Shown here in pieces: positions 54,521 through 63,320 of a stretch of DNA of 64,000 bases; the first letter of the stretch is position 1; each line of letters begins with the position of its first letter. The stretch spans positions 688,957 through 752,956 of the forward strand of contig CAVWIZ010000008.1 in the NCBI GenBank assembly GCA_963755195.1. Direction: 5' to 3'. Both the position numbers and the translations under genes were made by a program. Under the pieces are notes generated by a model. That model was not told the DNA's origin and searched no databases. It saw only the letters and a list, made by a program, of their open reading frames with translations. The DNA comes from an uncultured Acidobacteriota bacterium (lineage in GTDB: Bacteria > Acidobacteriota > Vicinamibacteria > Vicinamibacterales > CAVVIG01).

Positions 54521-55006
54521 CTACGGCGATTCCAGTCGCTTCTTGAGCGCGGCGAGGTCTTTTCGATTTGCGCGGCGCATCGCGCCCGCGATGAAGGGAG
54601 CGAGCCACTTGGAAAACCCGGTGGGCGTTCCTCGGTTTCGCAGGGTCATCCGCGTGGCTCCCTCTGGAGTGGTCTCCCAGGTGTAAGTCGTCTCCATGGG
54701 AAACGGACCCTCAGCCGTTCGCATCACCAGTCGTTCACCCGGCGCCAGCTCAACCACTTCGTACGTGTACGCCATTCGCCGCCCGAGAAAATGGGCCACG
54801 AATGTGATTTGCGACCCTATCGTGACGGGCGGCGGCGTTTTCCACTCGACAGCCTTGATGTTGACGTACCACTCGGGGACATGGTCCGGGTTCGCCGCAT
54901 AGCCGGACACCGTCGCACGCGAGCAGTTGATGAGAATGCTGCTCGAGACGTCCACGCTCGGCGGGCCTGACCAGACGCGAGCCGCTTTTGCCAGGGGTCG
55001 GGTCAT
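54521..55006 (-). CDS. SRPBCC (polyketide cyclase/dehydrase-like) family protein
   Basis: YAANPDHVPEWYVNI, FLGRRMAYTYEV, GPFPMETTYTW, RRANRKDLAALK; start uncertain. Confidence 0.8.
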   Translation of the reverse strand: MTRPLAKAARVWSGPPSVDVSSSILINCSRATVSGYAANPDHVPEWYVNIKAVEWKTPPPVTIGSQITFVAHFLGRRMAYTYEVVELAPGERLVMRTAEGPFPMETTYTWETTPEGATRMTLRNRGTPTGFSKWLAPFIAGAMRRANRKDLAALKKRLESP

Positions 55007-55048
55007 GATGCCTTCATGATCGGATCAATAGACCGGGACGCACGCCAC

Positions 55049-55538
55049 TTACACGGTCGGAGGGCGACCGCGCCTGTTATGGACGTATCGACCGATGAGG
55101 TAGTCGACAGAGAAGACTCCTGGTCCGCGCGTGAGGAGCAGCACGAGGATCGCGCCCCAGACCAGATGCTCATTGTACGCGTTGGGGTACACGAAGGTTT
55201 GAATAACAGCGATCATTCCCAGGAGCGGAAGCGTCGCGATGCGGGTTGCGAGTCCGAGAAAAAGAAGAATCGGGATCGTCAGCTCCTGGACCATGGCGAT
55301 GCGTGCCGCCACAGCCGGATCGAGCAACGGCACGCGATATTCCTCCTGAAACAGTCTGACCGCGAATTCCCAGGACTGGTACTTCAGGAGCCCCGCCTTG
55401 AAGAAGGTTGCCCCGACACCAATGCGTCCGGCGAGTTGAATGATCGACAGCGGGAAACGCGCCGAGCCTGACGCGCATCGCATCGAGCCACGCGATACCG
55501 GTCGAGTCAATCGCGGGCGTGGCCGGCTCGGGGCTCAC
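55049..55538 (-). CDS. DoxX-family membrane protein (BufD-like; frameshift near 55455)
   Basis: FFKAGLLK, LFQEEYRVP, ELTIPILLFLGLATR, QTFVYP, EHLVW, GPGVFSVD. Confidence 0.85.
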
Positions 55539-55541
55539 AGG

Positions 55542-56132
55542 TCAGCTCCCGTCGATTGTGCCGCCACTCGACGGACGAACTCTTCGCTCACTGAGGCGAT
55601 TCATCTGCAGCTCTCCTCGAAGGCCCCGAATCTCCAGCCAGACCTCCTCTTGCCGGAGCGCATAGGCGTCGGGCGCAGTGTCAGTCAGGAACAAGCCGAT
55701 CAGCTCGTCGAGTGCCCAGTCCAGGTGGATGTACTGCACGTTCGGCGACTCCTCGGTCGCCAGTGCCAGGCGGCCGAGGTGCCATTCAAGTTCGGCGAAC
55801 TGCGCCAGGTACGGCAGAGACCCGGCAGCGGGATGCGCGCCAAGGTACCGCGGGAAACCGTCGCCATACTCGGCGACGCACGGTCTGCACGGAGGATGCT
55901 CGCGAATGAAGGACGTCGCGACGTGAGTCACGAGATCGGAACCGACCAGCCACACGGTAGCCGGGAACCGTTCGACGAGCGCGCGGGTCAGGCTCGCCAC
56001 ATAGTGGCGCTGATGAATCGCAAGCCGGTGTTCGGGACGAGTCCCCCCTAACAGTACCGGCGCCACGGCCGCGCTGTTGCCGTCGACCAGCGCGTCACGA
56101 ATGCCGGCTTGAATGTCAGCCAGCGTAAGCAC
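55542..56132 (-). CDS. DUF2063 family MNIO partner protein (BufC-like)
   Basis: [43 protein letters not shown]; lies between DUF692 and DoxX. Confidence 0.8.
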   Translation of the reverse strand: MLTLADIQAGIRDALVDGNSAAVAPVLLGGTRPEHRLAIHQRHYVASLTRALVERFPATVWLVGSDLVTHVATSFIREHPPCRPCVAEYGDGFPRYLGAHPAAGSLPYLAQFAELEWHLGRLALATEESPNVQYIHLDWALDELIGLFLTDTAPDAYALRQEEVWLEIRGLRGELQMNRLSERRVRPSSGGTIDGS

Positions 56133-56995
56133 GGCGATCCTCTCTCGCGGCTTCTCGAATGCGATCGGCTGCGGCGGCCTCTCCCGTCAGGACCGCCAAG
56201 GCCGGCAGATCGTTGTCCCATTCCACGATCGTGGGCTGCGGGCCGAAGCGGCGGATGGCATGGGCATACAGGTCCCATGCCGGTTCCGCCACGGCGTGCG
56301 CGTGGGTATCGACCAGCAATGTTCCACCTGGCGTCGCCTCATCCGCTTCGGGCGTGAAGCCCCCAAGGTGGAGTTCCGCGACCGCCTCAGCCGGGAACTC
56401 GTCGATGAAGCGATACGCGTCGTACCCCATGTTGTGGCCGCTGAGATAGGACGTTGCTGACATCACAGAGGAGCCGACAACCGGTCGCGTTCACCAGTGC
56501 GTGCAGAAACTCGAGCTCGGTCATGGTCGACGTCGCCAACGAGACGTAGGTTGAGGGATTCTCGATGACGTACGCGCGCCCCAGGACGTCCTGAACCTCC
56601 GCAAGATGCGCCGCGACCACGCGGAGCGTCTCTGCCGTGTAGGGCAACGGCAAGAGATCGTTGAGATACGCGCCACCCACTGTGGACCAGGCCAGGTGCC
56701 CAGAGACGAGCACCGGATTCAGCCGATCCACCAACGCCCGAAGTCGCGTCAGGTGCCCACGGTCGATGCCGTCGGCGCTGCCGATGGAGATGCCGACGGT
56801 GTGCACCGAGATCGGATAATCGCGAGCGAGATCCGTCAGTAACTCGAGTCCGTGCGGATTCGCGAGGAAGTTCTCCGGATGAATCTCGAGCCATCCGACG
56901 GATGGGCGAGTGGCCACCACCTCGGCAATGTGCGGAAGCCGAAGGCCGATGCCGGTCCGTTCAGCCGCGTGTCTGGCGTCACTGGTGATGGCCAC
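56116..56995 (-). CDS. DUF692 multinuclear non-heme iron oxidase (MNIO, BufB-like; frameshift near 56450)
   Basis: [68 protein letters not shown]. Confidence 0.9.
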
Positions 56996-57009
56996 GTTCC
57001 CTCTCCTCG

Positions 57010-57280
57010 TTACTTCGGTTGAAGGCTGCCGCCGACGATGCGGTCGCAGTAGCCCGCCGGCACGTAGATCCAGGCTTTCGGGTCGCTGGCTGAGCTTCGA
57101 CGATCCCCCACACGAGTTGTTGCCGGTCGAGGCGCAGTCGTTCTTGCCGGCCTTCGCGATGCCGTAGCACTTCTCCGTCTTGAACGCGGTGGGCGGCGGG
57201 ACCGGTTTCTGCGCCGAGAGCACGACGGGTGCGACAACGGCCACGGCCAGAGCGGATGCGATCAGATAACGAGTGTTCAT
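57010..57280 (-). CDS. DUF2282 bufferin-type RiPP precursor (BufA1-like; one-base frameshift near 57090)
   Basis: Signal peptide, then EKCYGIAKAGKNDCASTGNNSCGG...AWIYVPAGYCDRIVGG (four Cys). Confidence 0.9.
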
Positions 57281-57353
57281 GCGTACCTCTCCAATGAGTT
57301 GCGCGTCGCCAAATCGACGACCGGGCGGCCGGATATCGGCGGCCAGTGGTGTA

Positions 57354-57379
57354 TTCGGAGCCAGCGCGGGAAAGGTTAC
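57354..57379 (-). promoter_or_regulatory. SigF (ECF16)-type promoter for the buf operon
   Basis: Minus strand GTAACC-tttcccgcgctggctc(16)-CGAA. Confidence 0.8.
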
Positions 57380-57391
57380 GATGACGGTTCG

Positions 57392-57968
57392 ATGGATGAG
57401 TCCCCAGAGCCGGACGAGCACCTGAGCCGTCTCATGGCGCGTGCCCAGCAGGGCGACAGCAACGCCTACCTCACCCTGCTACGGGCGATTACGCCGCGGA
57501 TCCGGCAGCTCGTGCGGGCAAGGCGAGGGTTCCTCGGCGAAAGCGTTGTTGAAGACGTCGTGCAGGAGGTCCTCCTGTCGGTCCACACCGTGCGAGCGAC
57601 CTACGATCCGGCGCGCCCCCTCATGCCGTGGCTGTCGGCCATCGTACGGCATCGGCTGGCGGATGCAGGTCGGCGGTACGTTCGTCAAGGAGCGCACGAG
57701 ATTGGTGTCGACGACCTCGACGTAACCTTTCAGGCTCCCGTAGCGAATAGCCGTGAGGAGACGTTCGGCGATCCGGACGCCTTGGCACGAGGCCATTCAG
57801 GCGTTGCCGCCGGGCCAGCGCCAGGCGGTGGAGTTGCTCAAGTTGCGCGAACTCTCGCTGAAGGAGGCATCGGCGCTGACAGGATTGAGCGTTGGTGCGT
57901 TGAAACTTGCGACCCATCGCGCCATGGCATCGCTGCGACGGGCGCTTCGAGGGATTGACGAAGGATGA
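57392..57968 (+). CDS. ECF sigma-70 factor, SigF/ECF16 type (frameshift near 57785)
   Basis: LMARAQQGD, EDVVQEVLL, TYDPARPLMPWL, LPPGQRQAVELLKLRELSLKEA...KLATHR; followed by NrsF. Confidence 0.9.
57722..57747 (+). promoter_or_regulatory. Second SigF-type promoter, internal to the sigma gene
   Basis: GTAACC-tttcaggctcccgtag(16)-CGAA, ~220 bp upstream of the nrsF start. Confidence 0.65.
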
Positions 57969-58624
57969 ACACCGACGATCTGATTGACCGTCTCGGTCGC
58001 GACGTGACTGTGGCGAAGCCCTTGCCGGCGCCCGGGATGCGAACCGCTGTGTGGATGGTCTGGGCCCTGAGCTACCTCGTCGTGGTGGCCATGATGATGT
58101 TCGCGGTCATGTCATCGGCCGGAGTCACGCTCACCCCGCTCTATCTCGCGCAGCAAGGTGCGGCGTTGGTGACCGGGATCATGGCCGCGCGCGCCGCGTT
58201 TGCGTCGGTGATTCCTGGCGTGAACAACCGCGTCTGGATGATGCCCGCCATCGGCGCGGGAGTATGGAGCCTGTTGCTGTTATGGGCGGGCGTGCTCGAT
58301 CTGCAAGCGGTGGGGACACTCGGGGTGACCAGTCAGAGCGACTGGCCCTGCGTCGCCTCAATGACACTGGGCGGTCTCGTCGTCGGAGCCCCTCTCGTGT
58401 GGATGTTGCGGCGTGGCGCTCCGCTGACGCCTGGCCGAACGGCCTTCCTGGCCGCGTTGGCCGCGTTGAGCTTCGCCAATATCGAAGCGTGCCTGACGCG
58501 TCCACACGCGTTCGCCTTGACTGTCCTCCTGTGGCATGGAGGCACAGTCGCCGCGGTCGCAGCGCTGTGCGCGCTGACAGGCCGTCGCTGGTTGCGCTGG
58601 CCTGATATGGCGACGACGCAGTGA
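57965..58624 (+). CDS. nrsF: NrsF/DUF1109 membrane anti-sigma factor
   Basis: MNTDDLIDRL, ~6 TM helices, WPC, LRRGAP, ACL...WH; ATGA overlap with the sigma gene. Confidence 0.8.
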   Translation: MNTDDLIDRLGRDVTVAKPLPAPGMRTAVWMVWALSYLVVVAMMMFAVMSSAGVTLTPLYLAQQGAALVTGIMAARAAFASVIPGVNNRVWMMPAIGAGVWSLLLLWAGVLDLQAVGTLGVTSQSDWPCVASMTLGGLVVGAPLVWMLRRGAPLTPGRTAFLAALAALSFANIEACLTRPHAFALTVLLWHGGTVAAVAALCALTGRRWLRWPDMATTQ

Positions 58625-58687
58625 GAACGAGGCCCGTTTTGGACGTACCGCGTTCGCTTGCTGACAAAGAGAAGTAGGAGGTAAGGT

Positions 58688-59779
58688 GTGCACATGGGCC
58701 CTACGTCAAACCGAATGACTGGCATGGTCGCCTGTGCAGTCGCCTGCGCGCTCGTCAGCCTGGTCGCTCAACCAACGGCTCAGCAGTCGGCGCTCCAGCC
58801 GACGCTCTATGACGTCCAGAAGCTCGGGCCCCAAATCGGAACGCGGGTGCCTGATTTCAGGCTGCTCGATCAGAAAGGACAGTCGCGGACGCTGGCATCC
58901 CTGATGGGGCCCAAGGGGCTCATGCTGGTGTTCTTCCGATCGGCGGACTGGTGACCCTATTGCAAGACGCAGCTCGTGGAGCTGCAAGGCCGTGTGGCGG
59001 AACTGAAGCGTCAGGGTCTCTCCCTGTCCGCCATTAGCTACGATCCTGTGGCCGTCCTGGCCGACTTTTCGAAGCGCCGTGGCATTTCGTTCCCGCTGTT
59101 GTCGGATCCGGGATCGGCCACCATCAAACGGTACGGGATTCTCAACACGACGGTACCCGAGACGAATCAACAGAGCTACGGCATTCCATTTCCCGGTACG
59201 TTCATGGTGAACACGCAAGGCGTGGTCACAACGCGTTTCTTCGAGCAGGCGTATCAGGAGCGAAGCACGGTCGGCAGCATCATGGCCAGACTCGGCAACA
59301 CGGTTGACGTGCAGGCCGCCACCATCACATCTCCGCAGCTCGAGATGACCTCGTTTGCAACCGACAGCACGGTTGCCCCCGGGACGCAATTCTCTCTGGT
59401 CCTCGATGTCCGGCCAGGGCGAGGGGTTCACGTGTACGCGCCCGGCGTCGACGGGTACAAGCCGATCGCGTTGTCGGTCGAGGCACAGCCCGGTCTCGTG
59501 ACGCGTCGTGCGCAGTATCCCCCGTCTGAGGACTACCATTTCAAGCCCTTGAACGAACACGTGCAGGTCTATCAGCGGCCGTTTCGGATCGTGCAGGACG
59601 TGTTGGTCGACCCATCGCCCCAGGGGCTCTCGGCGTTGAAGGATGTGTCTGTGTTGACGATCAAAGGCGTGCTCAACTACCAGGCGTGCGACGACAAGGT
59701 GTGCTTCACGCCCCAGTCGGTGCCCCTTACATGGACGTTGACGCTTCGACAGTTGGACCGCGAGCGCGCAAAGCCGTGA
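58688..59779 (+). CDS. Secreted selenoprotein: AhpC/TSA-like redoxin with UxxC motif fused to a DsbD-N-like domain (in-frame TGA at 58952-58954 read as Sec)
   Basis: ORFs 58688-58954 and 58976-59779 are in the same frame and join as FFRSADW-TGA-PYCKTQLVEL; PDFRLLDQ, AISYD, FPLLSD, PGTF; C-terminal HVYAP...YQACDDKVCFTP; AGGAGG RBS. Confidence 0.85.
58969..58985 (+). promoter_or_regulatory. Candidate bacterial SECIS hairpin
   Basis: GCAGCUC-GUG-GAGCUGC: perfect 7-bp stem, loop starts with G, 22 nt after the UGA. Confidence 0.7.
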
Positions 59780-59785
59780 CCCAAT

Positions 59786-60838
59786 TCAGCTATTTCCGCT
59801 CGAGCCAGGGAGGCTGAGCTTCGCGCGCACTCCGCCTTGGGGTGACGCCTCGAGATTGATCGACCCGCCATAGAGTTCGGCAAGGTCGCTCACGATGGCA
59901 AGGCCAAGGCCTGAGCCAGGCGCGGCTTCGTCGGCTCGTACGCCCCTCTGGAGAACCGCTTCCCGCAAGTTCGGCAGCGATGCCGTCTCCATCATCGTCC
60001 ACGATGATCGTCACGCGGTCCGGCGCCTCCGAAGGTCCGCCTCGACGCTGCATCGGTGGCAACGATACCCTCGACACTCACGACGACTGTCGAGCGCGCC
60101 CATTTGCAGGCGTTGTCCATGAGGTTGCCCAGCATCTCGTCGAGATCCTCCCGCTGAGCGCGAACGGTCACGTCCTCGGCCACCTGCACGTCGACGGCGA
60201 TGCTGCGCTCGGCGTGCACGCGGAGCAACGCCCGCGCGAGGCCGTCGGCCGAGCTCCTCACGCTCGACCGCGCACCGGACATCGCTCCGGACGCCACGGC
60301 ACGCGCGTGCGCGAGGTGGTAGTCCACCTGTCGTCGCATGCGCTCGACCTGCTGGTCGATGGCAGCCGCGATCTCGTGCTGGCCCGCGCCGCGGGCGCGC
60401 TCGGCCTCCTGCGCGAGGATGGCCAGCGGCGTCTTCAAACCGTGGGCGAGATCGCCGGACTTGGCGATGGCGCGCTGAATCGCCTGCTCGCGATGATCGA
60501 GCAGGGCGTTCAGGTCGTCCACGAGCGGCTGGACCTCGGCAGGATAGGCACCGTCCATCCGCCGCTCGCGACCGGCTCGCAGCCCGTTCAACCGGCTGCG
60601 CAGGTTGTCCACCGATGCCAGGCCGCCCCTCGCCACGACCAGTCCCGCGATCATGCAGAACACGGCCGTGAGGATGACGACGGGACTCTGCAGGAACCGG
60701 TGCAGGTGCATGGCGACATGGAGCCGCGACTGCTGCTCCATGAGGAAGGTAAAGGGAACCGCGCTGACAAACAGCAGGCCGACCGTCCAGAGGACGCTCG
60801 AGACCAGCAGCCGGCCGCGCAGCGATCGCCACTCTCAC
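59786..60838 (-). CDS. Sensor histidine kinase (frameshifted)
   Basis: Two TM helices, PAEVQPLV, LAHGLKTPL (H box), GNLMDNACKW (N box), DDDGDG, GSGLGLAI. Confidence 0.85.
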
Positions 60839-61491
60839 GATCCGATCCGGTAGCCAAGGCCACGCGCGGTTTCGATGATGCCGGCGCCGAGCTTGCGACG
60901 CAGCCGGGCGACGAACACTTCCACCGTGTTCGAGTCGCGGTCGGCATCCTGCGCGTAGATGTGTTCGGTCAGCTCGCTCTGCGGCACCACCCGATCGCGG
61001 TTGTGCATCAGGTAGGACAGGACACGGAATTCGTGGCTGGTCAGCCTGACTGGCTGGCCGTCGCGCGTCACGCGCGCCAGGCGCGGATCGAGCGTCACGG
61101 CCCCGCAGGCGAGCGCCGGTCTCGGCTGGCCGTTGGCACGGCGAATCAGGCCGCGCAACCTGGCCAGCACCTCCTCCATCTGAAACGGCTTCGTCACATA
61201 GTCGTCCGCGCCGTCGTCGATGCCTTTGACCCGCTCGTGCCAGCTGCCGCGGGCTGTCAGCACGAGCACCGGGACCATCAGCGCGGCGTCACGCCAGCCG
61301 CGGAGGAGCGTCAGGCCGTCCACGCGGGGCAGGCCGAGGTCGAGGATGACGGCGTCGTAGGTTTCGGTGCGGACGAGAAAGTCGGCCTGCTCGCCGTCGG
61401 CGGCGCAATCCACCGCGTATCCGGCCTCGCCAACGGCCTGTGCCAGCTGGCGCGACAGGGCCGCTTCGTCTTCCACGACCAGAATCCGCAC
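60835..61491 (-). CDS. OmpR/PhoP-family response regulator
   Basis: MRILVVEDE, LDLGLP, LTAR, GADDYVTKPF, SNTVEVFVARLRRKL, RGLGY. Confidence 0.92.
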   Translation of the reverse strand: MRILVVEDEAALSRQLAQAVGEAGYAVDCAADGEQADFLVRTETYDAVILDLGLPRVDGLTLLRGWRDAALMVPVLVLTARGSWHERVKGIDDGADDYVTKPFQMEEVLARLRGLIRRANGQPRPALACGAVTLDPRLARVTRDGQPVRLTSHEFRVLSYLMHNRDRVVPQSELTEHIYAQDADRDSNTVEVFVARLRRKLGAGIIETARGLGYRIGS

Positions 61492-61514
61492 AGTCGAAGG
61501 CTAGCCTAACTCGC

Positions 61515-61551
61515 TGAACGGCGGCTGAACGAAGTGTTCAGGCCTGGTTCA
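61515..61551. promoter_or_regulatory. Two back-to-back GTTCA-N6-GTTCA tandem sites (candidate response-regulator boxes)
   Basis: TGAAC at 61515 and 61526; GTTCA at 61536 and 61547; 11-bp spacing in both pairs, between divergent genes. Confidence 0.6.
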
Positions 61552-61576
61552 CCTGCGGTTCACTACCCTCTCGCGC

Positions 61577-62347
61577 ATGACATCACCATTTGTGTACGAC
61601 TTCGGGTACCCCTGGCCGATCACCTGGATTCACCTCATTCCGCTTGCGCTTGGACTGGCCGCGGCAGCGTTGGGGGTCAGACTCGGATGGCGACGCTGGG
61701 TGGTGGGACTCTGGGGCGTCATCGGAATCTGGGGGATCGTCGGGCTGATCCTGACCCACACGATGATGGGAGGCCTGAACGCGCCGCAGCGGCTGCCGTC
61801 GGATCAGTTCATGGCCTCCGGCCGGGGACGCGTGCTCGACGTCGGCGCCGGCTCGGGCCGTGCGCTCATCGGACTGCTGCTGGCACGTCCGCAGGCGACC
61901 GGCACCGCTCTCGACATCTACACCGGCTTCTTCGGCATCACCGACAACACGCCCGAGCGCATGATGCGCAACGCGAGGATTGCCGGGGTCGCCAACCGCG
62001 CCGACACCGTGACGGCGGATGCCACGAAGATGCCGCTGCCCGACGCCAGCTACGACGCGGCGATCAGCTCCTACGCCATCGACCACATGGGCCGGGAAGG
62101 CACGCCGAAGGCCATCCGGGAAGTGGCCCGGGTGCTCAAGCCGAACGGCGAGTTCCTGCTGGAGATTGTGAACCCGGACATCTGGGTCAAGGTGATGATG
62201 CCGATCCCGCACTTCGGCCTGAATGCACACTTCAAGCCCGACCCGGCCCGCTGGCGCGCGATGCTGAAGGCCGCCGGCTTCGAGGTGATTGAGGAGGGAA
62301 CCGGGCCGGCGACGCTGTACTGGCTGGCGCGCAAGCAGCAGACCTAG
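61577..62347 (+). CDS. Membrane-anchored class I SAM-dependent methyltransferase
   Basis: Two N-terminal TM helices; VLDVGAGSG, ADATKMPLPDASYD, RVLKPNG. Confidence 0.85.
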   Translation: MTSPFVYDFGYPWPITWIHLIPLALGLAAAALGVRLGWRRWVVGLWGVIGIWGIVGLILTHTMMGGLNAPQRLPSDQFMASGRGRVLDVGAGSGRALIGLLLARPQATGTALDIYTGFFGITDNTPERMMRNARIAGVANRADTVTADATKMPLPDASYDAAISSYAIDHMGREGTPKAIREVARVLKPNGEFLLEIVNPDIWVKVMMPIPHFGLNAHFKPDPARWRAMLKAAGFEVIEEGTGPATLYWLARKQQT

Positions 62348-62349
62348 AG

Positions 62350-62712
62350 TCGACCGCACGCGCCCGCACTGCCGGTACCGCAGCTATGGCCTGCGAGTGA
62401 ACCGGCAGCACGGACGCGTCATGTTTCGCTCAGAGCACGCCGTAGACTCGTGCCATCAGCGGCGTCGATCGCGCTCCCAGTTGCGGCGATCGCGGTCCCA
62501 TTCGCGGCGATCGCGCTCGTAGCTGCGCCAGTCGCGCCGATCCCAGCGCCGCTCCACGAACCTCGCGCGCGGGACCCAGCCACCAGCCACCCATCGGTGG
62601 CCGTGGTAGTAGCCGGGCTGCCAGACGTAGCCGGGGTACGGAGCCTGGCGATAGTACCCGTCATAGCCGTACGGGCCCGGCGCAACAACAACAGGCGGCG
62701 CGCCGATTCCGA
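62350..62712. repeat. 363-bp direct repeat, copy 2
   Basis: Matches 53846-54208. Confidence 0.95.
62456..62712 (-). pseudogene. 5'-truncated copy of the YXWGXW-like gene
   Basis: Nearly identical 3' part of 53952-54305; lacks the signal peptide, RBS and start. Confidence 0.75.
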
Positions 62713-62750
62713 ATTGCACGCTTCAGCGCCTACGAATCATCCACTTCCCG

Positions 62751-63287
62751 CTATTCAACCGAGAGAATCAAGGCTTCGGTCCAGGTGATGTCGAGCCTGT
62801 CGCCCACCTTGACCTTCGCCAGCGCCGTCTTGTCCTCGACGCGGCCGCTGTACTTCCAGCCGTTCGGACCGGCGAACGTGATCGACGGCACCGCCTGATC
62901 GATCGCCGTGATCAATGCCGTAATCGTCCGCTGCCGCGACAAGGTGCCGGCGGGTCTGCTTTCAGACCTGACGAGCGCTCCCGACGCGCTGTCGACGTTC
63001 TTCTCGCTCGGCGCCTTCAGGCGCATCACGATGTTCTCGTAGTACTTGGCGGTGATCTTGTCGCCGACCTTCAACGTGTCGAACCGCTTGATGCTCTCCG
63101 GAAAGTAGAAGATGTCGTACGTCCCGTCCGGCCTCTTCACGGTGACTTCGCGCGTCGATTTCTCGATGGCCTCGACGCTGGCTGTGACCGTTTTTGTTTC
63201 GCCGGTGAGCGTCTTGGTTTGCGCCGCGGCCGGGACCGCCGCCAGGGCCAGGATTCCGGTGACCGCGAACATACTGAGCGTCTTCAT
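62751..63287 (-). CDS. Secreted hypothetical protein (two OB-fold-like halves)
   Basis: Signal peptide; internal duplication TASVEAI...LKVGDKI / TALITAI...VKVGDRL. Confidence 0.7.
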   Translation of the reverse strand: MKTLSMFAVTGILALAAVPAAAQTKTLTGETKTVTASVEAIEKSTREVTVKRPDGTYDIFYFPESIKRFDTLKVGDKITAKYYENIVMRLKAPSEKNVDSASGALVRSESRPAGTLSRQRTITALITAIDQAVPSITFAGPNGWKYSGRVEDKTALAKVKVGDRLDITWTEALILSVE

Positions 63288-63320
63288 GGAAACACCTTTC
63301 CCTCTCCTCTGCGTTTACTG

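Noticed and set aside
57010..57280. Selenocysteine in the bufferin precursor
   Set aside because: All four Cys codons are TGC/TGT; the break in this gene is a one-base indel, not a UGA.
53846..62712. Prophage, ICE or composite transposon
   Set aside because: No integrase, transposase, tRNA target or terminal inverted repeats; reported only as a repeat-bounded cassette.
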